From positions 1 through 53,221 of IMG/VR virus record IMGVR_UViG_3300011422_000008: DNA of 53,221 nt; one strand, written 5' to 3'. The notes under the pieces were generated by a model. That model was not told where the DNA came from. It saw only the letters and a list, made by a program, of their open reading frames with translations, and searched no databases. The position numbers and the translations under genes are program-made. This document shows, piece by piece, positions 42,153 to 51,307 of the stretch (within the stretch, counting starts at the first letter, position 1; the number at the start of each line of letters is the position of its first letter). The stretch comes from a virus (Duplodnaviria > Caudoviricetes).

Positions 42153-42538
42153 GAACGGATCAATTTGGGCGTTTCCTCGCTCAGGTTGCGTTCAGGAATG
42201 CCACTCCCTCACAGATGCCTTCATTCATGAAAATGAGACCAAAACAGGGGCAAGTCCTGGTAGAGCTCCTGCCAGTGCCGAACATGACTCCCGGGGGACT
42301 CACCATCCCCGACAACGCAGCCAGAAGAGACAAGATCGGGCGAGAGCCGGCCAGGGAGGCAATCGTTCGCTCTATTGGTGTCTGGCCAACCACGAAAAAA
42401 GGCATTCCACTTCCCTACGAGGTTCTGCCAGGGAACCGGGTCGCCGTCGATCCAGTTCTGGGAGTGCCGGTCATGGAGCATCCTAAGGTGCTCCGGATCT
42501 ACGATCACAGCCAGATTCTCGCGCTTATTACCGCTTGA
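42149..42538 (+). CDS. groES: GroES-like co-chaperonin
   Basis: MRPKQGQVLVE...TPGGLTIPDNA...AIVRSIG...EVLPGNRV...ILA. Confidence 0.75.
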   Translation: MRTDQFGRFLAQVAFRNATPSQMPSFMKMRPKQGQVLVELLPVPNMTPGGLTIPDNAARRDKIGREPAREAIVRSIGVWPTTKKGIPLPYEVLPGNRVAVDPVLGVPVMEHPKVLRIYDHSQILALITA

Positions 42539-42602
42539 CGGGTTGCTGAAAGCTGGTAGAAAGATAGCGTGTGTTCTGGGGTAGGGCATCCCCCTACTTC
42601 AC

Positions 42603-42640
42603 AAACCGTTCGATTACTTTCCTTATCGAACGGTTTTTTT
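42603..42640 (+). terminator. Rho-independent terminator
   Basis: 12-bp stem AAACCGTTCGAT/ATCGAACGGTTT with T-run. Confidence 0.8.
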
Positions 42641-42645
42641 ATGTG

Positions 42646-42675
42646 TTGACGGCCAAGGCACTTGAGGAGTAAAAG
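42646..42675 (+). promoter_or_regulatory. Putative capsid-operon promoter
   Basis: TTGACG-N18-TAAAAG just after the terminator. Confidence 0.4.
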
Positions 42676-42702
42676 CCTTTGTGGTCTTAAATTCCCGTCT
42701 GA

Positions 42703-42892
42703 CCTTCGGGGCGCCACCGGTCGCATAACTGGAATCGGGTCTGGTTCTTCGTGGTGTTTGACCGAGCACCTTTAGGCCGTCTGGAGCAACTCCAGCCCAG
42801 TCCCAGGAAGGGATAAGTCCGAAAGGACTGAAGAAACGGCCAGCTTCTAAAATGCGGATTCTCGAGCTGTCGCATTGGCGCCTATCCCGAGG
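42703..42892 (+). ncRNA. Candidate structured cis-regulatory RNA (capsid 5' leader)
   Basis: Several nested helices closed by long-range pairing (see findings). Confidence 0.5.
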
Positions 42893-42923
42893 CCGCGAAA
42901 ACAGCAATCAAATTTTAGAAGTT

Positions 42924-44471
42924 ATGATTCCGTGCACAAAGTTTACCGATTACCTTGCTTGCAAAGCCGAGCATCTCGACGACCAGATTACCCGGGCAAT
43001 GCATCCGATCGATACCTGGGTGGGTCATGTTGAGACAGGCCGTTTCCCCGCCAATGATGGCGTGGAGCACACCTTCGACCGCTTCGAGAACGTCTTTCCG
43101 GACCTCCGGGGCGTTTGGGAGGATGTCACCGGGGCCGCTTGCGTTGGCACCCCTTGCGATCCTTCGACCACGAAGATCGGTTTCGGGTTCACCCGGGACA
43201 GCTACAAGCTTCAGCGGAAATCGTACGCTACGGACCTGTTCTGTTTTGACCAGATCCTCAGCGCCGACCGCGCGAAGTCCCAGTTCGCCCATATCATCCG
43301 GACTCTCCGGAGAGCCTCCTCGATTATCTCGAGCGATCGCCTCCGAAAAGAGGCTATGCGTATCGCCGGCAAGAAATGGGTTCTGGCCAACAACACGATG
43401 AGCCAGATCACGATGGAATGGGATGCCACGATGACGCTCTTGACCGTCTCCGCTCTGCCGACCTCGAAGCTGACAGCAGCGCACCTGCAGCGCCGGGTCC
43501 AGCCTCAGATCCGCAATGGCGCCCTGGGCGCCGAGCTGAATAAGAACGGAGCTCCGATGCTCGAGTACGTTACCGCGATGGATGAAATTTGGGCTCTGAC
43601 CCAAGGCAACCCCGCGCTCGCCTCTCAGTGGCAGTTCCAGGATTTCGGACCGGCAGCGGCTTCCTTCTACAAGTACGGCTGGACTGGCAAAGTCGGAAAC
43701 TTCGGTCTCCGGGATGACACCTTCCAGCTTCGGTTCAACATCAAGCAGCAGAACGCGGACGGTTCGGCGGTTCTCGAGCTGATTTTCCCGTACAACAACA
43801 TTGCCGCGACGGAAGGCATCAAAGAGGAAGTCAATGAAGCCTGGGACAATGCTCCGGTTAAAATCGACTTCATTTGGCATCGGCGCGCGATGCAATCGCT
43901 GGTTCGCGATACGACTCAGATCAATCCTGAGATGCCCTTTGGCTCCCGGGACTTCTCCGGCAAGTGGCGGTGGGCCATGGATAACCTCACCTGTGGCTTG
44001 GACGTGAACGGCAACCCGATCGCCGTTGATAATGCCTGGAAAAACAAGGGCAAATTCCTGGCCATGTTCAGTCTCGCGACGAAGGCTCAATATCCCGAGC
44101 TCGCCGAATCCTTCCTGGCCTTCCGGGATCCCTCCTGCATCACCGATGTTCCGCGCTGCAATGATGATCCGGGCTACCCGGCTCAGGAGTACAGCTCCGC
44201 GAACGATGAATGCCCTACTGAGGATGTCGTTCTCACCTTCACGCCGGTTCTGTCTGGCGCCGGGACGTACGAGATTCCCGAAAACCAGATCCTCTGCAAC
44301 GGCATGCAGATTTTCCATGCTGCCGTTACCGGGACCTCAACGCTTGCAACCCTGGTCGCTCAATTGAATTCGCTTCTGAGCGTCATGGGGACCTGGGCGG
44401 AAAGCGGATCGGACATCACGCTTACGGGCGCGGCCTGTTCGACCGTGAACCTGCCCTGGACAGTCAGCTAA
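42924..44471 (+). CDS. Major capsid protein
   Basis: 515 aa after scaffold, long leader, followed by a strong hairpin; C-terminal ~100-aa extension. Confidence 0.75.
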   Translation: MIPCTKFTDYLACKAEHLDDQITRAMHPIDTWVGHVETGRFPANDGVEHTFDRFENVFPDLRGVWEDVTGAACVGTPCDPSTTKIGFGFTRDSYKLQRKSYATDLFCFDQILSADRAKSQFAHIIRTLRRASSIISSDRLRKEAMRIAGKKWVLANNTMSQITMEWDATMTLLTVSALPTSKLTAAHLQRRVQPQIRNGALGAELNKNGAPMLEYVTAMDEIWALTQGNPALASQWQFQDFGPAAASFYKYGWTGKVGNFGLRDDTFQLRFNIKQQNADGSAVLELIFPYNNIAATEGIKEEVNEAWDNAPVKIDFIWHRRAMQSLVRDTTQINPEMPFGSRDFSGKWRWAMDNLTCGLDVNGNPIAVDNAWKNKGKFLAMFSLATKAQYPELAESFLAFRDPSCITDVPRCNDDPGYPAQEYSSANDECPTEDVVLTFTPVLSGAGTYEIPENQILCNGMQIFHAAVTGTSTLATLVAQLNSLLSVMGTWAESGSDITLTGAACSTVNLPWTVS

Positions 44472-44481
44472 ACCAGAAAGT

Positions 44482-44520
44482 GAGGGGGAGCTCTGGTAAC
44501 GGAGCTCTCCCTCCGTGTTT
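44482..44520 (+). terminator. Hairpin/terminator after capsid gene
   Basis: GAGGGGGAGCTCTG-GTAA-CGGAGCTCTCCCTC followed by CGTGTTT. Confidence 0.6.
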
Positions 44521-44538
44521 CGGTCAACGTTCAAAAAT

Positions 44539-44937
44539 ATGGCAATCGCAAATTGTGCTTCCGCCTCCGAGCTCCTCGGGGCCCGGGGTGCGTTGGACTC
44601 GATGTCCACTAAGGAGCTGTTCGCCCTTTTCGTTTTCCTGCTCACGCGGGGAGTCGCGACGGATGACGTCCTGTCAATTGGGGATGTCTGTACTGAGCTC
44701 AATGCGCTCAAGACCTCGACGGTCGACTTGGCCGGCCTGCCAAAGAAGCAATGGATGGCGTCAATGGTTAGCGCTCTTCCGGATAGCTGGTGGGCCGTCG
44801 ACGGGGTACAGCTCACGGTTTCCCAGATGCGTTCCTATCTGTGCTGCACTCGCTGCCTGACAGAGGACCAGCTCAGGGGAATCCTGCTCTACCTCACTTG
44901 CCGGGTCTCAACTCAATTCACCATCACGCCGGCCTGA
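44539..44937 (+). CDS. Virion-module hypothetical protein
   Basis: Helical Cys-containing repeat; related pattern to the next gene. Confidence 0.6.
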   Translation: MAIANCASASELLGARGALDSMSTKELFALFVFLLTRGVATDDVLSIGDVCTELNALKTSTVDLAGLPKKQWMASMVSALPDSWWAVDGVQLTVSQMRSYLCCTRCLTEDQLRGILLYLTCRVSTQFTITPA

Positions 44938-44938
44938 A

Positions 44939-45334
44939 ATGGCTCATTGCTTAGGCACAACTCTTCTGGAGGGAGCTGGCGAGTTTGCCAGTCTCTCTCC
45001 GTTACAGTTGCGGGTCCTGACCGTCGTTCTCCTCCAAAAACTCCTCAAGCTCATCGATCCTATGGCCAACACGACTCTCAGTGCCTTAATGGCCGAGGCC
45101 GGGGAATTCGCTTCGCTTCCGGATCAGCTTCTCCAGGCCATCACGGTTCAGCTTCTTTGCGAAATCAAGAATGCTGGAGTCGGAGGACAAGTCGGCGAGG
45201 GCACGCTCCTTAAGGGTGACGGCGCTCCAGTTGCAGATCCGGGAACGACCATCGCAGTTTATTTCGACACTTCACCAACAGCCGATTACGTCCTTTACTG
45301 GTGGAATGGAGCCGGCTGGTTTCCTTTCGGATGA
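44939..45334 (+). CDS. Virion-module hypothetical protein with internal duplication
   Basis: AGEFASL x2; C-terminal G.GAP..DPG...YWW. Confidence 0.6.
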   Translation: MAHCLGTTLLEGAGEFASLSPLQLRVLTVVLLQKLLKLIDPMANTTLSALMAEAGEFASLPDQLLQAITVQLLCEIKNAGVGGQVGEGTLLKGDGAPVADPGTTIAVYFDTSPTADYVLYWWNGAGWFPFG

Positions 45335-45338
45335 ATCT

Positions 45339-46331
45339 ATGAAAATTCCATTATTCTTTCTCCCTCTGATCCTGGTAGCTCAAATCGGATGCGCCCAACT
45401 CCCTCCGTACGTTCGAAACCCGATGACCACAAATCAGCCTCCCGCGATGACGAACGCGATCCTGGGAATCGTGGTCCCAGACCAAACGCTGAGCTTGGAC
45501 ACTGGGAATAATCACACTCAGTACCGGGCCAACGGCTATGGCCTGACCAATTCGGCGACGACCTTCTTCCTCACGTACGATGCCACTTCCGGGGTGCTCC
45601 TCGCCAAGGGCTACTACAAAACCCTGTTTGGCGTGTACGCCAATGACTATAACGGGGTAAACCTCAATTCCTCGTTCTCAGTTGGGAGCGCGAACACTCC
45701 GATCCTCACCCTGAACGCCGGCAGCTTTGTTTTCAATGGAGGCTCCTTGGTAGCTTACATGGACGTCAAAGCCACAAATTTCTCCCTGACACTGCCTCAG
45801 TGGATTGGCGTCCCCTGCATGTTTGGCTGGTCGATCATTGGGCCTGCTGCCCCGGACCTTACGGCGGTGACAAACAACTCTGCGATCCAGGAGCTCGCCT
45901 TCGATAATGGGGACATGATTTACGCGACCGCTCACATCCCCCACACGATCGCGATTACTAACGCTGCTTTCCCAAGCCAGTACATCACGCCGATTGTTCA
46001 TTTCTCGACCGTTGGCACTCTGGATGCGACTCACTCCAACGTGACGTGGCGGATAGAATGGGAGGTTTCGGACGTCAATACGGCCTGGAACCGGAGAGGC
46101 ACCAATTCGGCGACGATGGGAGTCACGAACAATTTCACCCATTACGAGCTGAGCCTGGGGCACATCACCAATGATCCTCCGCTTTTGGGAACGGCGGTTT
46201 GGAGATGCCGGCTGATGCGGCCAGCTTCGGCTCTGCGGGACTATTCCAACGGTCATGACGTGCTTCTGGACGGCTTCGACATGCATGTTCCAGTGGGCAA
46301 TTCGATTGCGATCGGTAACCCGAACGACTGA
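45339..46331 (+). CDS. Signal-peptide-bearing, Thr-Asn-rich beta protein
   Basis: MKIPLFFLPLILVAQIGCAQ; many TN dipeptides; C-terminal jelly-roll-like segment. Confidence 0.65.
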   Translation: MKIPLFFLPLILVAQIGCAQLPPYVRNPMTTNQPPAMTNAILGIVVPDQTLSLDTGNNHTQYRANGYGLTNSATTFFLTYDATSGVLLAKGYYKTLFGVYANDYNGVNLNSSFSVGSANTPILTLNAGSFVFNGGSLVAYMDVKATNFSLTLPQWIGVPCMFGWSIIGPAAPDLTAVTNNSAIQELAFDNGDMIYATAHIPHTIAITNAAFPSQYITPIVHFSTVGTLDATHSNVTWRIEWEVSDVNTAWNRRGTNSATMGVTNNFTHYELSLGHITNDPPLLGTAVWRCRLMRPASALRDYSNGHDVLLDGFDMHVPVGNSIAIGNPND

Positions 46332-46345
46332 ACAGAGGAAAAACT

Positions 46346-46606
46346 ATGGCCAACAATCGTACAGTGATGCCTCCTCCGATGATGGGCCCTGGCCCAGGAG
46401 ATGAGGAATCTGAACTCTACCGGTCGACCGAGTCTGAAGAAGAAGCTCCGTCGATTCCAAAGGACTTGCTCCCGCCTGAAGTCAAGGTAGGGATGCATCT
46501 TGAAGTCACCGAAGATTTGGGGGATTCAGTCCGGGTGAAGATTGCCGATATGTCTCAACCTTCACCGGGAGGTAAGGCGCCCGATGAGGAAGCTGCTCTT
46601 TATTGA
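46346..46606 (+). CDS. Small acidic hypothetical protein
   Basis: GAGGA RBS. Confidence 0.6.
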   Translation: MANNRTVMPPPMMGPGPGDEESELYRSTESEEEAPSIPKDLLPPEVKVGMHLEVTEDLGDSVRVKIADMSQPSPGGKAPDEEAALY

Positions 46607-46626
46607 CAGGGGTTCGCTGCATGCCT

Positions 46627-46670
46627 GGGGCGAGCGGGGGTTTTTGGGTGTCCTCCGCTCGCCTCTTTTA
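46627..46670 (+). terminator. Rho-independent terminator-like hairpin
   Basis: GGCGAGCGG/CCGCTCGCC stem followed by TCTTTT. Confidence 0.65.
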
Positions 46671-46700
46671 AATCTCACCTGGGCAAAAGCAAAACTAACG

Positions 46701-47033
46701 ATGAAAAAGGAAATTACAGTCGGAAACATAATGGCCACCGTGGCCTTCTTAGTCACGGTGGGCTTGATGCAGTTTCCGAAGCATTCAGACGTGGCGGTCA
46801 TCCTGAGCGACGTGGCGAGGCACGAGAAATCCATCGAGCAGCTCGCGACGATTGAAAACGCAATGAGTGCCAATCTCCAGGTGCTCACGCGGATCGTGAA
46901 CGACCATCTTGTCTGGGATAAGCCGGTCTCGCCGGAGGAACTCCTCAACTATCGCAGCTTGACCCCGCTCAGCCCGGAGGAGAAAGCCTTGATCATGAGG
47001 ACCCCGACTATTCAATTGCCGCCCAAGAAATGA
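46701..47033 (+). CDS. Single-TM coiled-coil protein (holin/spanin-like?)
   Basis: EITVGNIMATVAFLVTVGLM TM segment then coiled coil. Confidence 0.5.
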   Translation: MKKEITVGNIMATVAFLVTVGLMQFPKHSDVAVILSDVARHEKSIEQLATIENAMSANLQVLTRIVNDHLVWDKPVSPEELLNYRSLTPLSPEEKALIMRTPTIQLPPKK

Positions 47034-47356
47034 TTCAGATCGTCAAAATCTCCAAGAGCGTTCCGCTCACGATGGCTTTTCAAACGGTCTGCACGGCGCA
47101 CTTCCAGCGGCACCTTCTCATCCGGAATATCCACATCGTCAACACGACTGCGAATGACGTATCAGTCCAGGTGACCATGACTCCCGCGGGAGTGGCTCCG
47201 GGGCAAGCTTACTCGCTACTCTGGGACTTCAACATCCCGGGGAATGATTTCATTGAATTTGGTGAGGGCATGGACGTACTACCCGGGGCCAGCATCAGCG
47301 CCTTGGCTTCGGCGAATAATGCGATGGTGCTCCACTTGGCCGGGATTGAGGAATAG
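47030..47356 (+). CDS. Small beta-sandwich virion protein
   Basis: IRNIHIVNTT...LPGASISALAS..V..HLAGIE. Confidence 0.6.
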   Translation: MIQIVKISKSVPLTMAFQTVCTAHFQRHLLIRNIHIVNTTANDVSVQVTMTPAGVAPGQAYSLLWDFNIPGNDFIEFGEGMDVLPGASISALASANNAMVLHLAGIEE

Positions 47357-47358
47357 CT

Positions 47359-48345
47359 ATGGGACAATTCACCGTTTACAGCAGCGCGGATGCAGGGGCA
47401 CCGGTCCTCACTGGCGAAGTGGGCAAGCTCATTGACGTGCTCAATGGTTGCCTCGTGACCGGTTACGGTGCCAAGGCCGCGCCGGCTCCGGCCTGGACTC
47501 ATCCAGTTGCGACGGCGGGGAACATCGCCAGCTATCTCCAGGGTGCAGGATGCGGTTTCGGTTTCGTCCTGAATGACAACGCGCCGAATGTCACGCCGGC
47601 AGCTCGAGAGGCCTGGATCACCGGATGGGAAAGTATTGCAGGAGTGGGCTCACCGGTTGGCTCCGGAGGCGGACAATTCCCGACTCCAGCTCAGCTCCTC
47701 GTGAGTGGTCATGCTGTAGTTCGGAAGAGCGCGACGGCCAGCAACGTTCCGCGCTCCTGGAGGGTTTTCGCTGATTCTTCGACGATGTACCTCTTCATTG
47801 AAACTGGGGACACTGCGGGGATCATGGGCTCTACCGTTTTTGGCGACGTCTATTCCCTGAATGGAGTTGGGGATGTCTGGCGGTGCATTCTCATCGGGAA
47901 AGGGACGGAGAACACGACTCCGACCGGAAACGAGAATACGTTTTTTAACAGCGTCATGAGCTCCGCGGCCACTTCCGCGCAAGGCCGGCACATGGCTCGA
48001 ACGTGGTCCGGGGCGGGTGCCTCAATCATTGTTGGTTGCCAGGGGGATCCAAGCAAGTGCAGTGGGACAGACGGGCTTGTCCAGGCTCCGAATGGGCCTG
48101 ACAACGCGTACTGGCTCGCGCCTTGGATGGTTTACGAGCAAACCGGGAAACCAATTCGAGGACGGCTTCGGGGATGTTACTCGATGCTCCAACCTGCGGC
48201 GGGATTCGCCGATGGGCAGGTAATTACTGGCGCCGGAGACTATGCCGGCAAAACTTTCCAGCTCGTGAAGCTGGTATGTGGCGCTCCGAATGCGAATGGA
48301 GCAATCTTGATCGAAACCTCCGCAACCGTAGAGACCAATGCCTGA
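47359..48345 (+). CDS. Virion structural/tail-fibre-associated protein
   Basis: VYSSADAGAPVLTG..G.LIDVL.GCLVTGYG N-terminus and IRGRLRG, a recurring phage virion family. Confidence 0.7.
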   Translation: MGQFTVYSSADAGAPVLTGEVGKLIDVLNGCLVTGYGAKAAPAPAWTHPVATAGNIASYLQGAGCGFGFVLNDNAPNVTPAAREAWITGWESIAGVGSPVGSGGGQFPTPAQLLVSGHAVVRKSATASNVPRSWRVFADSSTMYLFIETGDTAGIMGSTVFGDVYSLNGVGDVWRCILIGKGTENTTPTGNENTFFNSVMSSAATSAQGRHMARTWSGAGASIIVGCQGDPSKCSGTDGLVQAPNGPDNAYWLAPWMVYEQTGKPIRGRLRGCYSMLQPAAGFADGQVITGAGDYAGKTFQLVKLVCGAPNANGAILIETSATVETNA

Positions 48346-48811
48346 CGCCATTCGAGGACTGACAAGCGGGATGGGAGTTGCCGGGGCCCTCCGGGGCATC
48401 TGCATCAGTCCGATCACGGCTTGGCTTGGTGACCCTTGCGTCTATGAGCGTCATCTCGCGGTGGGAGTAAGTAAGAGCACAACTGAGGGAAGTCCCGCGG
48501 CTCCGTGTCTCCGGATTGCTCATATCCAGTTCTGGCGGTTCCGTTGGGCGGTCGAAGTCGGCGCCCGAACCGTCACGGTCCAGGTGAAGCAGGCAATCAA
48601 TGCGGCTCCCTATCCGAAGATCGTCATCAAAGCCAACCCGGATGTGGGCTTGGCCGCGGATGTTACTCAGTCGGCGGGTCCGGGCAGCGATTGGAAATCC
48701 ATTTCCGCGGGATTTAATGCCTCAGCGATCGGGGCGGTTTGGGTGGAGCTGCACAACGCTTTGCCGACCGGGAACTATGACTGCTTCTTCGACCATATCG
48801 TAACGGCATGA
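48338..48811 (+). CDS. Virion-associated beta protein (CBM-like)
   Basis: Beta-rich; ends CFFDHI. Confidence 0.5.
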   Translation: MPDAIRGLTSGMGVAGALRGICISPITAWLGDPCVYERHLAVGVSKSTTEGSPAAPCLRIAHIQFWRFRWAVEVGARTVTVQVKQAINAAPYPKIVIKANPDVGLAADVTQSAGPGSDWKSISAGFNASAIGAVWVELHNALPTGNYDCFFDHIVTA

Positions 48812-49059
48812 CCTCAGAGCTCAATGTTTGGCTATGTGATGCACCGGTAATCCCGACCGGGAATGCGGAGTTTTCTATTTGGTTCATGGACGTGCCGGTC
48901 ATCGACCTTGGAGCTTCAGCGGGGGGAGGCGGACTTTTCGGCGGCTCACGAATTGTCTCGCCCAGGCAACAGCGACGGCGAAACCTGGATTTCAGTTCTG
49001 ACCCGTTCCATCTTCGGACTGTCAGCCCGAGGGTGGAAATCGGGAGATCCCCACAATGA
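48808..49059 (+). CDS. Small hypothetical protein
   Basis: ATGA-coupled on both sides; W..D.PVI x2. Confidence 0.5.
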   Translation: MTSELNVWLCDAPVIPTGNAEFSIWFMDVPVIDLGASAGGGGLFGGSRIVSPRQQRRRNLDFSSDPFHLRTVSPRVEIGRSPQ

Positions 49060-49517
49060 AAACCCTTGGCGTCATCTTAGCATTTTTTTGCCTCTTGGCT
49101 CTGACCTCGCCGGCAGCGGACCGCGATTCAGTAACCCTGGCCTGGGACCATTCTCCAGGAGGAAGCAACGTCATTGCCGGATACAGAGTGTACTGGGGTC
49201 CAGCTTCCGCGGTTTACACAAATCTTGTGGCAGTAGGCTACGTGACAAATGCGACGGTAAAGCCGCTTGTCCCTGGAGTGCTCTATTTCTTTGCCGCGAC
49301 AGCTCTCGACAAGGGCGGACTGGAAAGCGAATTCAGTAATGAAGTTTCGTACAGAGCTCCGGGACCTCCTCCTCCAGCTCTTACCATGCTTTCCGCGGAA
49401 GTGCAGCGCTCAACCAACTTGGTTGACTGGGTGACGGTAACGAACGTGCCCTTGATTTATATCGGAACGACCAACGGAACCTCCTTCTACCGGTCCGTCC
49501 TGAATCTATCGCCATGA
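49056..49517 (+). CDS. Secreted fibronectin type III protein
   Basis: Signal peptide; SVTLAWD..IAGYRVYWG..YFFAATA..ESEFSNEV; C-terminal STNLVDW..FYR. Confidence 0.85.
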   Translation: MKTLGVILAFFCLLALTSPAADRDSVTLAWDHSPGGSNVIAGYRVYWGPASAVYTNLVAVGYVTNATVKPLVPGVLYFFAATALDKGGLESEFSNEVSYRAPGPPPPALTMLSAEVQRSTNLVDWVTVTNVPLIYIGTTNGTSFYRSVLNLSP

Positions 49518-51307
49518 GCAATAACCACACACTTTGGGCGACGGATGGTACCTTTGACTTTTCGAGCGGAGTCAACTGTGCCAGGACTCCGACCGTGAAG
49601 AGCCAGAGCAACCCCTACGGTCTGCCTCGGAATGCTTTTGCGTGGCTCACTAATGGCACGGTCCGCGGCGGTGGAGTCTATGGCCGGCCAGGGTGGAACC
49701 GGCTGATTGAGCATGTTTCGGATGCTGCGCTCTACCAGGGTGGATGGATGTACGAGCCGACCGGTGAAAATCCCTATCTCATCATCAGCCTTGCGGGGAA
49801 TCTGATCAGAATCCAATTGGATTCTCCCTATACGGTAACGAACCTTTCACTGGTCTCCGGCCTTCAGAATAACCCGAGCACGCCGCTAGGGTTCATGTGC
49901 CAGGGTGAGGACTTTCTTATCGCCCAGTCTGGTGATGCTCTCACGTTGCCGCTTTTCTGGGACGGGAACACGCTCCGAAGGTCGAACGGGATCACGACAG
50001 AAATCGACCCGGCTCAGCCGAATGTTTCCGAGCTGCCGGCATCGGGGCCGATGTGCTACTACGCTTCGCGGCTCTGGTATGCCCAGGACCGAATCTATTG
50101 CGCGGGGGACATTGCCCGTGGAGCTGCCGGTACCACTGCCTACGCGCGACGGGACTCGATTCTCAGGGTGACCGAGAACCCCCTGGCTTTCGGCGGTGAC
50201 GGGTTCAGCGTTCCAACCGCGGCGGGGAATATCCGGGCCCTAACCTATCCGGCCAACATCGACACGACTCTTGGCCAAGGGCCCTTGCTCATCGGCACGC
50301 GCAAGACTGTTTACTCTCTCACCGTGCCGGTATCCCGGGCCGATTGGACAGCCGCGAACGATAACCAACCCCTGCAGGTGGTTGCTCAAATGAAGTGGGG
50401 AATGGTCAATGATCGCGGGGTAGTGCAGGCGAACGGAGACCTGTTCTATCAGACCCTCGAGCCGGCTGTGCGCTCCTTTGCCTTCGCTCGCCGCTCCTAT
50501 GGGCAATGGGCCAACCTCCCGATCAGCCAGAACGTACGCCGAATCACGCGCCGGAACGACCGGGCTTTGCTCCGCTACTGCACCGGTATGAACCTGGACA
50601 ACCGGATTTTCCAAAGCGGGCTCCCGTTTCAGACTCCTTACGGTGTTGTCCATAAGGTAGTGCTCGCGATGGACCTGGATCCGCTCAGCAGTCTCGAGGA
50701 GCAACTCCCGCCCATTTGGGAGGGGCACTCGGAAGGACTGAACATCCTCCAACTCTTTGAAGGTGACTTCGGAGGACTCCAGCGCGGGTTTGCCGTTGTG
50801 CTTTCCGAGGATGAAACGTCAATCGATATTTGGGAATTCTCTCGCGAGGACCTCTTCCAGAACGGGGACAATCGGATCACGTGGTCTTTCGAGAGTCCAG
50901 CCTGGACCTGGGCCGATTCCATCGGAGAACGGAACCTGAAGAAGCTTGTCGGCGGGGAAATGTACTTTGATGAGATTTTCGGGACCTCGGAAGTCACGGT
51001 AGAGTTTCGGCCAGACTCGCAGAAATGCTGGTTGCCATGGTCAAATTTCCAAGTGTGCAGCTCGAGGAACGCTGGCGAAGCGGGCACTGAACCGGAATAC
51101 CCTCCGGAGGACTATGTAGCCGGATACCAGCCGCACAAGACTTTGCCGCATCCTCCGATTCCCTGCATGCCAGGAGCTGTGAGGCCGGCCAACATCGGGT
51201 TGCAGTTCCAGGTCAGAGTCACCGTAAAAGGATCATTGCGGATTCGCTCCCTAATGCTATTTGCTGAGCCGTTCGAGCGTTCGCCGTATCATGGATTGGT
51301 ATGCTGA
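49514..51307 (+). CDS. Tail nozzle / packaged-DNA stabilisation protein (P22 gp10/T7 gp12-like)
   Basis: DGTFDFSSGVN..N.TVRGG..RPG N-terminus; propeller-like; QFQVRV.VKG C-terminus. Confidence 0.7.
   Translation: MSNNHTLWATDGTFDFSSGVNCARTPTVKSQSNPYGLPRNAFAWLTNGTVRGGGVYGRPGWNRLIEHVSDAALYQGGWMYEPTGENPYLIISLAGNLIRIQLDSPYTVTNLSLVSGLQNNPSTPLGFMCQGEDFLIAQSGDALTLPLFWDGNTLRRSNGITTEIDPAQPNVSELPASGPMCYYASRLWYAQDRIYCAGDIARGAAGTTAYARRDSILRVTENPLAFGGDGFSVPTAAGNIRALTYPANIDTTLGQGPLLIGTRKTVYSLTVPVSRADWTAANDNQPLQVVAQMKWGMVNDRGVVQANGDLFYQTLEPAVRSFAFARRSYGQWANLPISQNVRRITRRNDRALLRYCTGMNLDNRIFQSGLPFQTPYGVVHKVVLAMDLDPLSSLEEQLPPIWEGHSEGLNILQLFEGDFGGLQRGFAVVLSEDETSIDIWEFSREDLFQNGDNRITWSFESPAWTWADSIGERNLKKLVGGEMYFDEIFGTSEVTVEFRPDSQKCWLPWSNFQVCSSRNAGEAGTEPEYPPEDYVAGYQPHKTLPHPPIPCMPGAVRPANIGLQFQVRVTVKGSLRIRSLMLFAEPFERSPYHGLVC

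Noticed and set aside
42810-42841. Hammerhead ribozyme or glutamine-II riboswitch (GTCC-GAAA-GGAC, CTGAAGA, GACTGAAGAAACGG)
   Set aside because: CTGAnGA follows rather than precedes the hairpin, so the hammerhead order is wrong. The 5' CGTTCA expected for the glutamine aptamer is absent.
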